Assembly: GCA_963848635.1 (NCBI GenBank) | Contig: CAWKEA010000005.1 | Coordinates: 426,810-490,809, forward strand | DNA length: 64,000 bases | Source: an uncultured bacterium | GTDB lineage: Bacteria; Patescibacteriota; Minisyncoccia; Phycocordibacterales; PALSA-1337 | Direction: 5' to 3' | In this document: piece by piece, positions 56,823-64,000 of the stretch | Layout: every line of letters starts with the position of its first letter | Position numbering within the stretch: position 1 is the first letter of the stretch | Notes under the pieces: model-generated | What the model saw: the letters and a program-made list of their open reading frames with translations, nothing else | Told to the model about the DNA's origin: nothing | Databases searched by the model: none | Translations under genes and position numbers: made by a program

Positions 56823-57218
56823 ATGAAATACATCGGCATCGACTATGGGAAAAAGCGCGTCGGCATCGCCGTTTCTGACGAGGGCGGCCAGTTTGCCATA
56901 CCCAAAGAAGTCGTGTCGAACGACAAAGAGCTTGTTGGAAGGATTGCATCTTTGGTTAAAGAGACCAAAGCAGAAACCGTTATCGTCGGCGAATCCAAGG
57001 ATTACAAAGGCAAGGACAATCTCATCATGCAAAAAATAGTCGCGTTCAAGGAGGAGATCGAAGCGCATGGCATCAAAGTTGTCCTTGAACCGGAATTCAT
57101 GACGAGCTATGCGGCACAGCGTTTTCAGGGCAAGAATGAGCTTCATGACGCGTCGGCAGCAGCTCTCATCTTGCAGAGCTTTTTGGACAAGGAGAATAAG
57201 GAAAACCAAAAAGAATAA
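56823..57218 (+). CDS. ruvX: Putative pre-16S rRNA nuclease / Holliday junction resolvase-like YqgF
   Basis: MKYIGIDYGKKRVGIAVSD... RNase H-like YqgF signature; 131 aa. Confidence 0.8.
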   Translation: MKYIGIDYGKKRVGIAVSDEGGQFAIPKEVVSNDKELVGRIASLVKETKAETVIVGESKDYKGKDNLIMQKIVAFKEEIEAHGIKVVLEPEFMTSYAAQRFQGKNELHDASAAALILQSFLDKENKENQKE

Positions 57219-57517
57219 GGCGTAACTGCAAATCGAACGGGGGGGTAGTCATGTGTGTTTTAAAACTACCTCATTTAGAATCGTATAATCCTACGGTTTG
57301 CTTAAATTCTCTACGTAGTTTAGCCATTTAATAAGAATTATCACTAAATTCCGTATAATCCTACGATTAAAATTTACCCCTTTTAAAAAAAGGTTGACCA
57401 CCTCTCCCTATGCATCGTAAATTCTGCCTTCTAACCAATTCAGAACCTATCACAATTTGTGATAGGTTCAATTAACCGCTTATCAACTATTTGAGTTAAT
57501 CCGCCGCTTGAAGTGCC

Positions 57518-57582
57518 TGAAGGCATAACATGAAGGCATAACATGAAGGCATAACATGAAGGCATAACATGAAGGCATAACA
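57518..57582. repeat. 13-bp tandem repeat, 5 copies (tgaaggcataaca)
   Basis: Perfect copies at 57518, 57531, 57544, 57557 and 57570, about 40 bp upstream of the csaA-like start. Confidence 0.85.
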
Positions 57583-57620
57583 ACTGGTCATTATTAATTT
57601 TTTCTTGTATCATACCTCTC

Positions 57621-58094
57621 ATGATCACATTCGATGATTTCAAAAAAGTAGAGATCCGAGCGGGCAAGATACTGTCAGCGGAAAAAATACCCAATACTGA
57701 CAAGCTTTTAAAGCTGTCTGTCGATTTTGGCGAGAAAAAGGAAATAGTCCCCGTTGTTGTTCCAGTCGTCTCAATTGATGCTCCGGCAGCTGCACCTGTT
57801 GTCGAGCCGACCGCGACCGCGACTTCAGCTCCTGGGATCGCTGCAGCTCCGGACCAAGCCGCTCCAAAAACATTCGTCCCTGCGCCGCGCCAGATCATTT
57901 CGGGGATTTCGGCATATTTCCCCGATCCAACGATCCTCGTCGGCAAGACATGCATGTTCGTTACGAATCTCGAGCCGAGGATGATCAAAGGATTCGAGTC
58001 GAACGGCATGCTCTTTGCCCTTTCAGACGACGCGGGAAATTTTTCTCTGCTTGAACCGAATGCGTCAATCGCGCCAGGAACGCAGGCCATATAA
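57621..58094 (+). CDS. csaA: CsaA/Trbp111-like tRNA-binding domain protein with a Pro/Ala-rich insertion
   Basis: FDDFKKVEIRAGKIL...KLLKLSVDFGE...RQIISGISAYF...LVGK...VTNLEPR...G.ES.GML Myf-domain signature, interrupted by a roughly 45-aa P/A/V-rich linker. Confidence 0.7.
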   Translation: MITFDDFKKVEIRAGKILSAEKIPNTDKLLKLSVDFGEKKEIVPVVVPVVSIDAPAAAPVVEPTATATSAPGIAAAPDQAAPKTFVPAPRQIISGISAYFPDPTILVGKTCMFVTNLEPRMIKGFESNGMLFALSDDAGNFSLLEPNASIAPGTQAI

Positions 58095-58144
58095 ACCGCC
58101 GATGGCGATGAACTCGATTTTTTGAGCCGTCTATCACAATCACA

Positions 58145-58759
58145 ATGCTCCATATACTCCATGCTTTTCTTGATCCTATTTTTTTGATTAAGACTCTCGG
58201 CCTTGTCGGCGTGCTTTGCATCGTGTTCGCAGAGTCGGGGCTTTTCTTCGGTTTCTTTTTTCCGGGCGATTCGCTCCTATTCACGGCTGGTTTTCTTGCT
58301 TCGCAGGGATTTCTTCCTCCCGTTTGGCTTTTTGTCGGTGCTTTTGTCGCGGCAGTTCTCGGCGATAGCGTCGGCTACGCTTTTGGCAAGAAGATCGGTC
58401 CAAAGATATTCACCAAGGAAGACTCTTTGTTCTTCAGCAAAAGACATATCGAGCGGTCGGAGCGTTTCTATGAAAAATACGGAAAGAAGACCATTATCTT
58501 GGCCCGCTTCATTCCTATCGTGCGCACATTCGCTCCGATATTGGCTGGGGTCGGCGCGATGAGCTATCGGACCTTTATCTCATACAACCTCATTGGCGGC
58601 CTCATTTGGTCGGTCGGCATCACGGCTCTCGGCTTCGGCCTTGGTGCTGTCGTGCCGGATGCTGATTCATATATAACGCCGATCATCGTCCTCATCATTA
58701 TTGCCTCGCTCATTCCGCCAGCGATAGAGTATATGAAAACAAAGGTAAAGAAAACTTGA
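58145..58759 (+). CDS. DedA-family membrane protein
   Basis: ...FAESGLFFGFFFPGDSLLFTAGFL... canonical DedA motif; 204 aa. Confidence 0.7.
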   Translation: MLHILHAFLDPIFLIKTLGLVGVLCIVFAESGLFFGFFFPGDSLLFTAGFLASQGFLPPVWLFVGAFVAAVLGDSVGYAFGKKIGPKIFTKEDSLFFSKRHIERSERFYEKYGKKTIILARFIPIVRTFAPILAGVGAMSYRTFISYNLIGGLIWSVGITALGFGLGAVVPDADSYITPIIVLIIIASLIPPAIEYMKTKVKKT

Positions 58760-58836
58760 ACCTGGATCTTGTATTTCTTGCCCCTGTATTTCTTTACCCC
58801 TTTATACTTTCGTGCTTGTGCGTTAGAATATTGGGA

Positions 58837-59799
58837 ATGAAGACGCCCTCTTTCTTTAAGTTTTTTCCACCGCCGAAATTTCTGGAAATGCCGTACGCCG
58901 GCATAGACATATCCGATTCATCCATCCATTGCCTCATGTACCGTCATAGCCATCTCGGCCTCAAAATAGACCGTTTCGGCTCGAGGCCTTTGTCAAAAGG
59001 GATCGTGGAGTCTGGAATCATCCGCGACGACAAAGCTTTGATTTCTGTCATCAGATCGCTTGCCGACGAATTGAAAGTGACGTATGTAAAGGCGTCTTTA
59101 CCAGAAGAGCGGATGTATCTTTTCAAGACCGAAGTGCCTGACGGCACCGCGGCGGAGATCCATGAGAATATAGAATTGCGCCTTGATGAGAACGTCCCTT
59201 TTCCGCCCCAGGACGCGGTCTTTTATTTCGATCTGATCAAAGACCTCGTCCCTGCGGGCAAGCACACGGCTTCTGTTTCTGTCGCTCCACGCAAATTTGT
59301 CGAGGATTATCTATCGGTCCTTGAAGCGGCGGGACTGGTGCCTGTCTCCTTTGAGATAGTGCCAAAATCATTGGCTCGGGCTGTCGTGCCGTCTCTTGAC
59401 ACCGATACCAAGCTCATAATACACCTCATGGCTGACAAATTCGGCATCTACATAGTCGACGAAGGCGTCGTACTTTTTACCTCGACGATACCGCTCAATC
59501 CTACGGATACCTCGTACGAATCAAATATCGAACCAATAAGGTCAGAAATAAGCAAAGTCTACGGATATTGGGGCGAACATGGCCAAGGCGATGGCGTCAG
59601 CGAGATCATTCTTTGCGGCCAATATGCCACGGGAGTCGCCGCCGCTCTCTCCGAAAAAACTCAGAACCTTTCGAAGATGCGCCCAGCCGATGTCTGGACG
59701 AATGCATTCTCGTATGACGCCTATATTCCACCGATCTCACGGGATGAATCGCTGGAATATGCAGTGGCGGCAGGGTTGGCTTTGCCTAAATATCATTGA
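58837..59799 (+). CDS. pilM: Type IV pilus assembly protein PilM (actin-like ATPase fold)
   Basis: GIDISDSSIHCL N-terminal motif; two actin-like subdomains. Followed by two single-pass genes, as in pilMNO. Start at internal Met. Confidence 0.6.
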   Translation: MKTPSFFKFFPPPKFLEMPYAGIDISDSSIHCLMYRHSHLGLKIDRFGSRPLSKGIVESGIIRDDKALISVIRSLADELKVTYVKASLPEERMYLFKTEVPDGTAAEIHENIELRLDENVPFPPQDAVFYFDLIKDLVPAGKHTASVSVAPRKFVEDYLSVLEAAGLVPVSFEIVPKSLARAVVPSLDTDTKLIIHLMADKFGIYIVDEGVVLFTSTIPLNPTDTSYESNIEPIRSEISKVYGYWGEHGQGDGVSEIILCGQYATGVAAALSEKTQNLSKMRPADVWTNAFSYDAYIPPISRDESLEYAVAAGLALPKYH

Positions 59800-60353
59800 A
59801 AAACATGTATCACGCTCTTCTTCCACAAAAAACCGTTAGAATGTTGAAAAATGAATATCATATTAGGTTTTTCGTCGTCTTCCTTTTCTTTGTCTCATTA
59901 GCTGTCTCAATCGCTTCGATTTTTCTCTTTCCGTCGTATCTCATCTCAAGCCTCGGTGAAAAATCGGCCGCAGTTGAGGCAGAATCGGCCAAAAACGGCA
60001 TCGCCACAGACACAAGCTTCGTGACAGCCGGCCTGTCATCTGCGGGAGCTTTGATTTCAGCGATCTCTTCGTCTGTTTCGCCACCACTGTCACCAGCCAT
60101 CCTGCGCGTGGCCTCTCTCCGTCCCAAGGGCATCAAGATAACTTCATTCGACATATCCTCTGCCGGTCCTCTATCTGCCGCGCTGACGATAAATGGCACT
60201 GCCGCGACCCGTGACGATCTGGTGACATTCAAGAATGTCCTCGAAGGAGACAGCGTTTTTTCCAATGTAGAAGAGCCGATCTCTGATCTTGCGTCCGCAG
60301 AAAATATTCAGTTTTCAATGCAGATGTCAGCCGCTCTATCTTCGTCACAATAA
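59796..60353 (+). CDS. pilN: PilN-like single-pass membrane protein
   Basis: Short cytoplasmic N-terminus, one TM (FFVVFLFFVSLAVSIASIFLF), periplasmic domain. Overlaps the pilM stop. Confidence 0.45.
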   Translation: MKNMYHALLPQKTVRMLKNEYHIRFFVVFLFFVSLAVSIASIFLFPSYLISSLGEKSAAVEAESAKNGIATDTSFVTAGLSSAGALISAISSSVSPPLSPAILRVASLRPKGIKITSFDISSAGPLSAALTINGTAATRDDLVTFKNVLEGDSVFSNVEEPISDLASAENIQFSMQMSAALSSSQ

Positions 60354-60358
60354 GAATC

Positions 60359-60898
60359 ATGACAAAAATCAGATCACAGCATTATCTTTTGTTCATTCTA
60401 TCTGTTTTGGCTTTTTGCGCCGCTGTTTTGGCATACGCATTCTTGTACAAGGCCGTTGTCAAAAAAGCCGAGGAGGAATCCGCTGTGCAGTCGGAAGTTC
60501 AGGCGGCTTCCAAACAGGCTCTTCAAGCAAAAGACATGAAAACGGAATATGGCAGCACGGTCGCTGACAGGGCTCTTCTGCCGTCATTCCTCGTTTCACA
60601 GGACGATGCGGTCCCATTCATCGACGCAGTCGAAGCTATCGGATCATCGACTGGAGCTAGTATCACGATATCATCGCTTTCTTCGGCGATTGGAGATTCA
60701 TCTCACAAGGTCGTGACAGCGACCATATCCATGTCAGGCGCCTGGGCAAGCGTCATCCGATCCATTGAGATCATTGAAGATATACCGTATGCTATTTCCA
60801 TCAAGGACCTGCATATGGACGCTTTTTCAGACTCGTCAAAAAGTTCAAATATCCAATGGACTGCTGGGCTCGACATATCCGTCCTTTCATCGCTATGA
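60359..60898 (+). CDS. pilO: PilO-like single-pass membrane protein
   Basis: One TM (LLFILSVLAFCAAVLAYAFL) then a coiled-coil region. Assignment is by context. Confidence 0.4.
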   Translation: MTKIRSQHYLLFILSVLAFCAAVLAYAFLYKAVVKKAEEESAVQSEVQAASKQALQAKDMKTEYGSTVADRALLPSFLVSQDDAVPFIDAVEAIGSSTGASITISSLSSAIGDSSHKVVTATISMSGAWASVIRSIEIIEDIPYAISIKDLHMDAFSDSSKSSNIQWTAGLDISVLSSL

Positions 60899-61242
60899 AT
60901 ATACAAAATTATCTTCATCATAAGAGGCCTCACAAGATCGTATTTTCTTCCGAGCATGTCTCATGGTACGAACGCCTGAGCGAAGATGCTTATGTCGGTT
61001 GGGTCGTGATCATGTCGATAAGCCTCGTGACGGCTCTTGCTCTCATAATCTATGCAGTATGGCTATTCTTTCTCATCGATTCGGGTAAAATCGTATCTCC
61101 TCAATCTGCTATGCCCGCATCGAATCATATTGACTTCGATGAAAATTCTCTCGAGAGCGTCATTTCATCGTTTTCGGCAAAAAATTCTGCTACAGCCGTC
61201 CTTTTGAAGAGCTATGATGGCCCGTCGGATCCATCAAACTAG
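60895..61242 (+). CDS. Hypothetical single-pass membrane protein (possible PilP-like partner)
   Basis: TM segment VGWVVIMSISLVTALALIIYAVWLFFLI. Start at internal Met (MNIQNY), overlapping the pilO-like stop. Confidence 0.3.
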   Translation: MNIQNYLHHKRPHKIVFSSEHVSWYERLSEDAYVGWVVIMSISLVTALALIIYAVWLFFLIDSGKIVSPQSAMPASNHIDFDENSLESVISSFSAKNSATAVLLKSYDGPSDPSN

Positions 61243-61293
61243 CGTTCGATAGGATTGCATCGCTTGTTCCTTCTGATATAGTGCTTTGTGTAC

Positions 61294-61365
61294 GCTCCCG
61301 TAGTTCAATGGATAGAACAGGACTCTTCTAAGGTCTTGATGTAGGTTCGATTCCTACCGGGAGCA
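61294..61365 (+). tRNA. tRNA-Arg(TCT)
   Basis: Acceptor GCTCCCG/CGGGAGC, D-arm GTTC/GAAC, anticodon loop CTTCTAA, T-arm GTAGG-TTCGATT-CCTAC; 72 nt. Confidence 0.85.
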
Positions 61366-61508
61366 CTGAAATTGCCGTAGAGATTCTATGGCTCAAACAC
61401 AGGCTATTTTGCCGTGTATATTTCCACATGTTGCTCATTTATGGCCAAGGGTTAGGTGTTATACTTGAAACAGGTCAAAAATTTATAAGCATTAATTTTT
61501 ATAACGCA

Positions 61509-61757
61509 ATGAAAGCAACACATGTCGTTTCCTTCATTCTTCTCGCCATCGGCGGGTTGAACTGGGGTCTCGTAGGTCTTGGTATTTGGTTCGGCGGAAA
61601 TTGGAATCTTGTTTGGTTGATCCTCGGTTCGTGGCCGTGGATTGAAGCCCTCGTCTACGTCCTTGTCGGTGTCGCTACGCTCGTCCTCATCTTTACCCAC
61701 AAGAAGCATTGCAAGGAGTGCGAGGTCAAGGCTCCAACACCTGCTCCGACGATGTAA
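61509..61757 (+). CDS. DUF378-family small membrane protein
   Basis: ILLAIGGLNWGLVGL signature of DUF378. Start at internal Met. Confidence 0.5.
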   Translation: MKATHVVSFILLAIGGLNWGLVGLGIWFGGNWNLVWLILGSWPWIEALVYVLVGVATLVLIFTHKKHCKECEVKAPTPAPTM

Positions 61758-61808
61758 TCACCGTCCGGCATTTGGAAAAGAAAAGCACCCGATGCGGGTG
61801 TTTTTTCT

Positions 61809-63062
61809 TTATAATGATTTTGATCCAATGTCTTTTCTGCAGTGCATGCCCTTAAAAGAAATGTTCACGACGGCCTTATAAGCTTTTGCTAAATATTCTT
61901 TTATATCATTGCTGGCGGCTGTGACTCCAAGCACTCGGCCGCCGTTTGTGACGACCCTACTGCCGACTGTTTTTGTGCCAGCGTGAAAGTTGACAATATT
62001 CTTGCCAACTTTTTCTAGGCCATGTATTGTCATTCCTTTCTTATATGCGCCAGGATATCCCTCCGAGGCACATACAACGCAACAGGCTGATTCATTCGAC
62101 CAGTTAACTTTTTGCTCTTGAAGAGTGCCATTGACACAAGCAAGCAAAAGCTCATTCAGATCGGTTTCAAGTATGCGCATATATGACTGCGTCTCTGGAT
62201 CGCCAAAACGCGCATTGAATTCGATGACCTTCGGCCCATCTTTGGTAACCATTATCCCAGGGAATAGAATTCCCTTGAACGGCCTGCCCCTCTTTTTCAA
62301 AGCCATGAGTGTCGGCAACACGATTTTCTCTTTTATTTCTCGCATGAGCGTATATGTCACCCATGGCACCGGTGCAATCGTACCCATTCCGCCTGTGTTT
62401 GGGCCTTTGTCATCATCAAAAATCCTTTTGTGGTCTTGTGAAGCCGGAAACATGATGGCGTGTTCGCCATCGCAGAACGCATGTATGGATATTTCTTTTC
62501 CTTCCAAATATTCCTCAATTACTATCTCATTTCCCGCTGCGCCAAACAGCTTTTCTTGCATCATTTCTTTCAACGCTTCCTCTGCTAGTTCCAAGTTTTC
62601 GGCCACGACTACGCCTTTGCCCAGAGCCAATCCGTCGGCTTTTATGACAAGGGGGAACTCTTGATTTTTTATATATTTGCGAGCTTCAGCATAATCTTTA
62701 AAAGTCTTGAACCTTGCGCTAGGTATGCCTTCATCCTTCATCAATTTCTTTGCATATGACTTTGACCATTCTATTTCGGCCGCCGCCTTCGTTGGCCCAA
62801 ATACTTTTATTCCAAGCGCTTGAATCTTGTCTACGATTCCTTCAGCCAAATAATTATCCGGCCCGACGACAACAAGGTCGACTGGGTTTTCCTTTAACCA
62901 ATCGACGACATCATCCGTCTTTGAAAGTTCAAGGTTCTTTGCTAAAAGGGAAGTGCCAGCATTGCCAGGTGCCACAAATATGCTCTTTACTTTTTTTGAT
63001 TGCTTTAATTTCCACACGAGCGCATGCTCTCTGCCGCCATTTCCGACTACGAGTATGTTCAT
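61809..63062 (-). CDS. purD: Phosphoribosylamine--glycine ligase
   Basis: MNILVVGNGGREHALVWKL N-terminus and an ATP-grasp core. The longer ORF to 63170 only adds translation of the GC-rich tandem repeat. Confidence 0.8.
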   Translation of the reverse strand: MNILVVGNGGREHALVWKLKQSKKVKSIFVAPGNAGTSLLAKNLELSKTDDVVDWLKENPVDLVVVGPDNYLAEGIVDKIQALGIKVFGPTKAAAEIEWSKSYAKKLMKDEGIPSARFKTFKDYAEARKYIKNQEFPLVIKADGLALGKGVVVAENLELAEEALKEMMQEKLFGAAGNEIVIEEYLEGKEISIHAFCDGEHAIMFPASQDHKRIFDDDKGPNTGGMGTIAPVPWVTYTLMREIKEKIVLPTLMALKKRGRPFKGILFPGIMVTKDGPKVIEFNARFGDPETQSYMRILETDLNELLLACVNGTLQEQKVNWSNESACCVVCASEGYPGAYKKGMTIHGLEKVGKNIVNFHAGTKTVGSRVVTNGGRVLGVTAASNDIKEYLAKAYKAVVNISFKGMHCRKDIGSKSL

Positions 63063-63082
63063 GTTCCAATTATACCTAAAAA

Positions 63083-63432
63083 GTGCGCGATGCAGGACTC
63101 GGTCACGGGTCTCGCCGGCATGCGGCTCGCCCGCGACCCCGCCTCCTTCGCCGCTATTCGCTTCGCTCATATCGCGGCTTCAGTCCGGCTTTCTCGTCCA
63201 TAGCATTGCGTCATCGAATTTGAAAATGACTAGCCAAAGCCAGTCATTTTCAAATTTGTGCGCGATGCAGGACTCGGTCACGGGTCTCGCCGGCATGCGG
63301 CTCGCCCGCGACCCCGCCTCCTTCGCCGCTATTCGCTTCGCTCATATCGCGGCTTCAGTCCGGCTTTCTCGTCCATAGCATTGCGTCATCGAATTTGAAA
63401 ATGACTAGCCAAAGCCAGTCATTTTCAAATTT
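63083..63432. repeat. 175-bp tandem direct repeat, 2 copies, each beginning with an 18-19-nt copy of the tRNA-Val 3' end
   Basis: Units start at 63083 and 63258; a third start at 63433 is the real tRNA. Each unit is gtgcgcgatgcaggactcg, then about 125 bp of GC-rich sequence, then a perfect 15-bp hairpin aatttgaaaatgact-agccaaagcc-agtcattttcaaatt. Confidence 0.85.
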
Positions 63433-63433
63433 G

Positions 63434-63506
63434 TGCGCGATGCAGGACTCGAACCTGCGACCAATCGAATGTAAATCGATTGCTCTACCAACTGAGCTAA
63501 TCGCGC
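63434..63506 (-). tRNA. tRNA-Val(TAC)
   Basis: Reverse complement folds as GCGCGAT/ATCGCGC acceptor, D-arm GCTC/GAGC, anticodon arm ATCGA-TTTACAT-TCGAT, T-arm GCAGG-TTCGAGT-CCTGC, discriminator A. Confidence 0.85.
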
Positions 63507-63597
63507 AGCAATGAAAGCATAGCGGAAAATCGATACTTAATCAATCAACACGCCTTTTACGTTCCTTGAATATATTATATGTAGTATAATACTCAGT

Positions 63598-64000
63598 GTG
63601 ATCAATAAAAAACTAAAAGCAATTGGTTTGAGGCAAAGAGGTCTATCTGTGAGGGATATATCTCATAAATTAGGTGCGGCTCGAGGCAGTGTAAGTACGT
63701 GGGTTAAAGAGGTTGTTCTTTCAAAGGAACAAAAACTCAAGCTCAAACAATATTCTCATTCTCCAGAAATCATCGAGAAGCGCCGTCAGAGCAGGTTGAA
63801 AAATGAGGATATTAAGAGAAAAAAGATTATGAATATTGCCGCGAGTTCAGTTCCTTTTTTGACCAAGGAAAGTTTATTTATTCTTGGAATAGGCCTGTAT
63901 TGGGCAGAGGGAGGAAAGTCTAATAGGGGGATGGCACGCATTTCTAATAGTGACCCAGCGATGATAAAAATAGTAATGAGATTTTTTAGAGAGATTTGTC
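63598..64000 (+). CDS. HTH plus degenerate LAGLIDADG-like domain protein (paralog 2, 3'-truncated by window end)
   Basis: GTG start. KLKAIGLRQRGLSVRDISHKLG...SLFILGIGLYWAEGGKSNRGMARISNSDPAMIKIVMRFFREI is collinear with the protein at 28484 (KFKAIELRKKGLSYSEI...FIIGIALYWAEGGKKSGCFQFVNSDQDMILFMYKWIQKF). About 90 bp from tRNA-Val. Confidence 0.4.
   Translation, partial: MINKKLKAIGLRQRGLSVRDISHKLGAARGSVSTWVKEVVLSKEQKLKLKQYSHSPEIIEKRRQSRLKNEDIKRKKIMNIAASSVPFLTKESLFILGIGLYWAEGGKSNRGMARISNSDPAMIKIVMRFFREIC

Noticed and set aside
57440-58162. 240-aa minus-strand ORF spanning the csaA-like gene and the upstream tandem repeats
   Set aside because: Antisense to a well-supported CsaA-type gene. Its N-terminal part is just the translation of the 13-bp tandem repeat and GC-rich linker complement.
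63063-63170. N-terminal extension of purD (MSEANSGEGGGVAGEPHAG...)
   Set aside because: The extension is translation of the first tandem-repeat unit. The conserved PurD N-terminus MNILVVGNGGREHA begins at 63062.

Overview
This window is a mostly housekeeping chromosomal segment from a small-genome bacterium with about 45-48% GC. Its gene content and short proteins are consistent with a Candidate Phyla Radiation / Patescibacteria-like organism; this is inference, no search was run. TGA is used as an ordinary stop codon (pgk ends on TGA), so the standard code 11 applies.

The window starts with the rpmH-rnpA-yidC cluster. It is followed by a long minus-strand block (1433-14052) encoding a minimal type IV secretion-like apparatus (VirB4-like ATPase, VirB6-like polytopic protein, VirB3/PrgI-like and VirB2/TrbC-like small membrane proteins, several secreted hypotheticals).

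Core genes follow in this order: ksgA, pcrA, a LysM-M23 peptidase, yifB/comM, dksA-like, rpsO, xerC/D-like, dinD, xth, cca, hup, rny, clpP, rsmE, a short trigger factor, nusA, tpiA, pgk, a HIT-family gene, recJ, ruvX, csaA-like, purD.

Type IV pilus genes are spread over three loci: pilB, pilC, two giant minor pilins and a PilX-like gene; a LamG-domain pilin; and pilM, pilN, pilO.

A tRNA-rich hotspot (about 28.4-36.2 kb) holds five tRNAs, two scars that repeat a tRNA 3' end, a LamG pseudogene fragment, a 73-bp tandem repeat, a DinD N-terminal-like fragment interrupted by an in-frame TGA, a GC-richer ORF, and an IS481-family transposase.

Three other things stand out. Two paralogous HTH plus degenerate-LAGLIDADG-like genes each sit beside tRNA genes. 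A 175-bp GC-rich tandem repeat, each unit starting with the 3' end of tRNA-Val, lies at 63083-63432. A dispersed roughly 95-bp palindromic intergenic repeat occurs three times. A 28-bp perfect palindrome with dif-like 11-6-11 architecture sits just downstream of the xer gene, and there is a compact candidate small-peptide gene with its own RBS and terminator.
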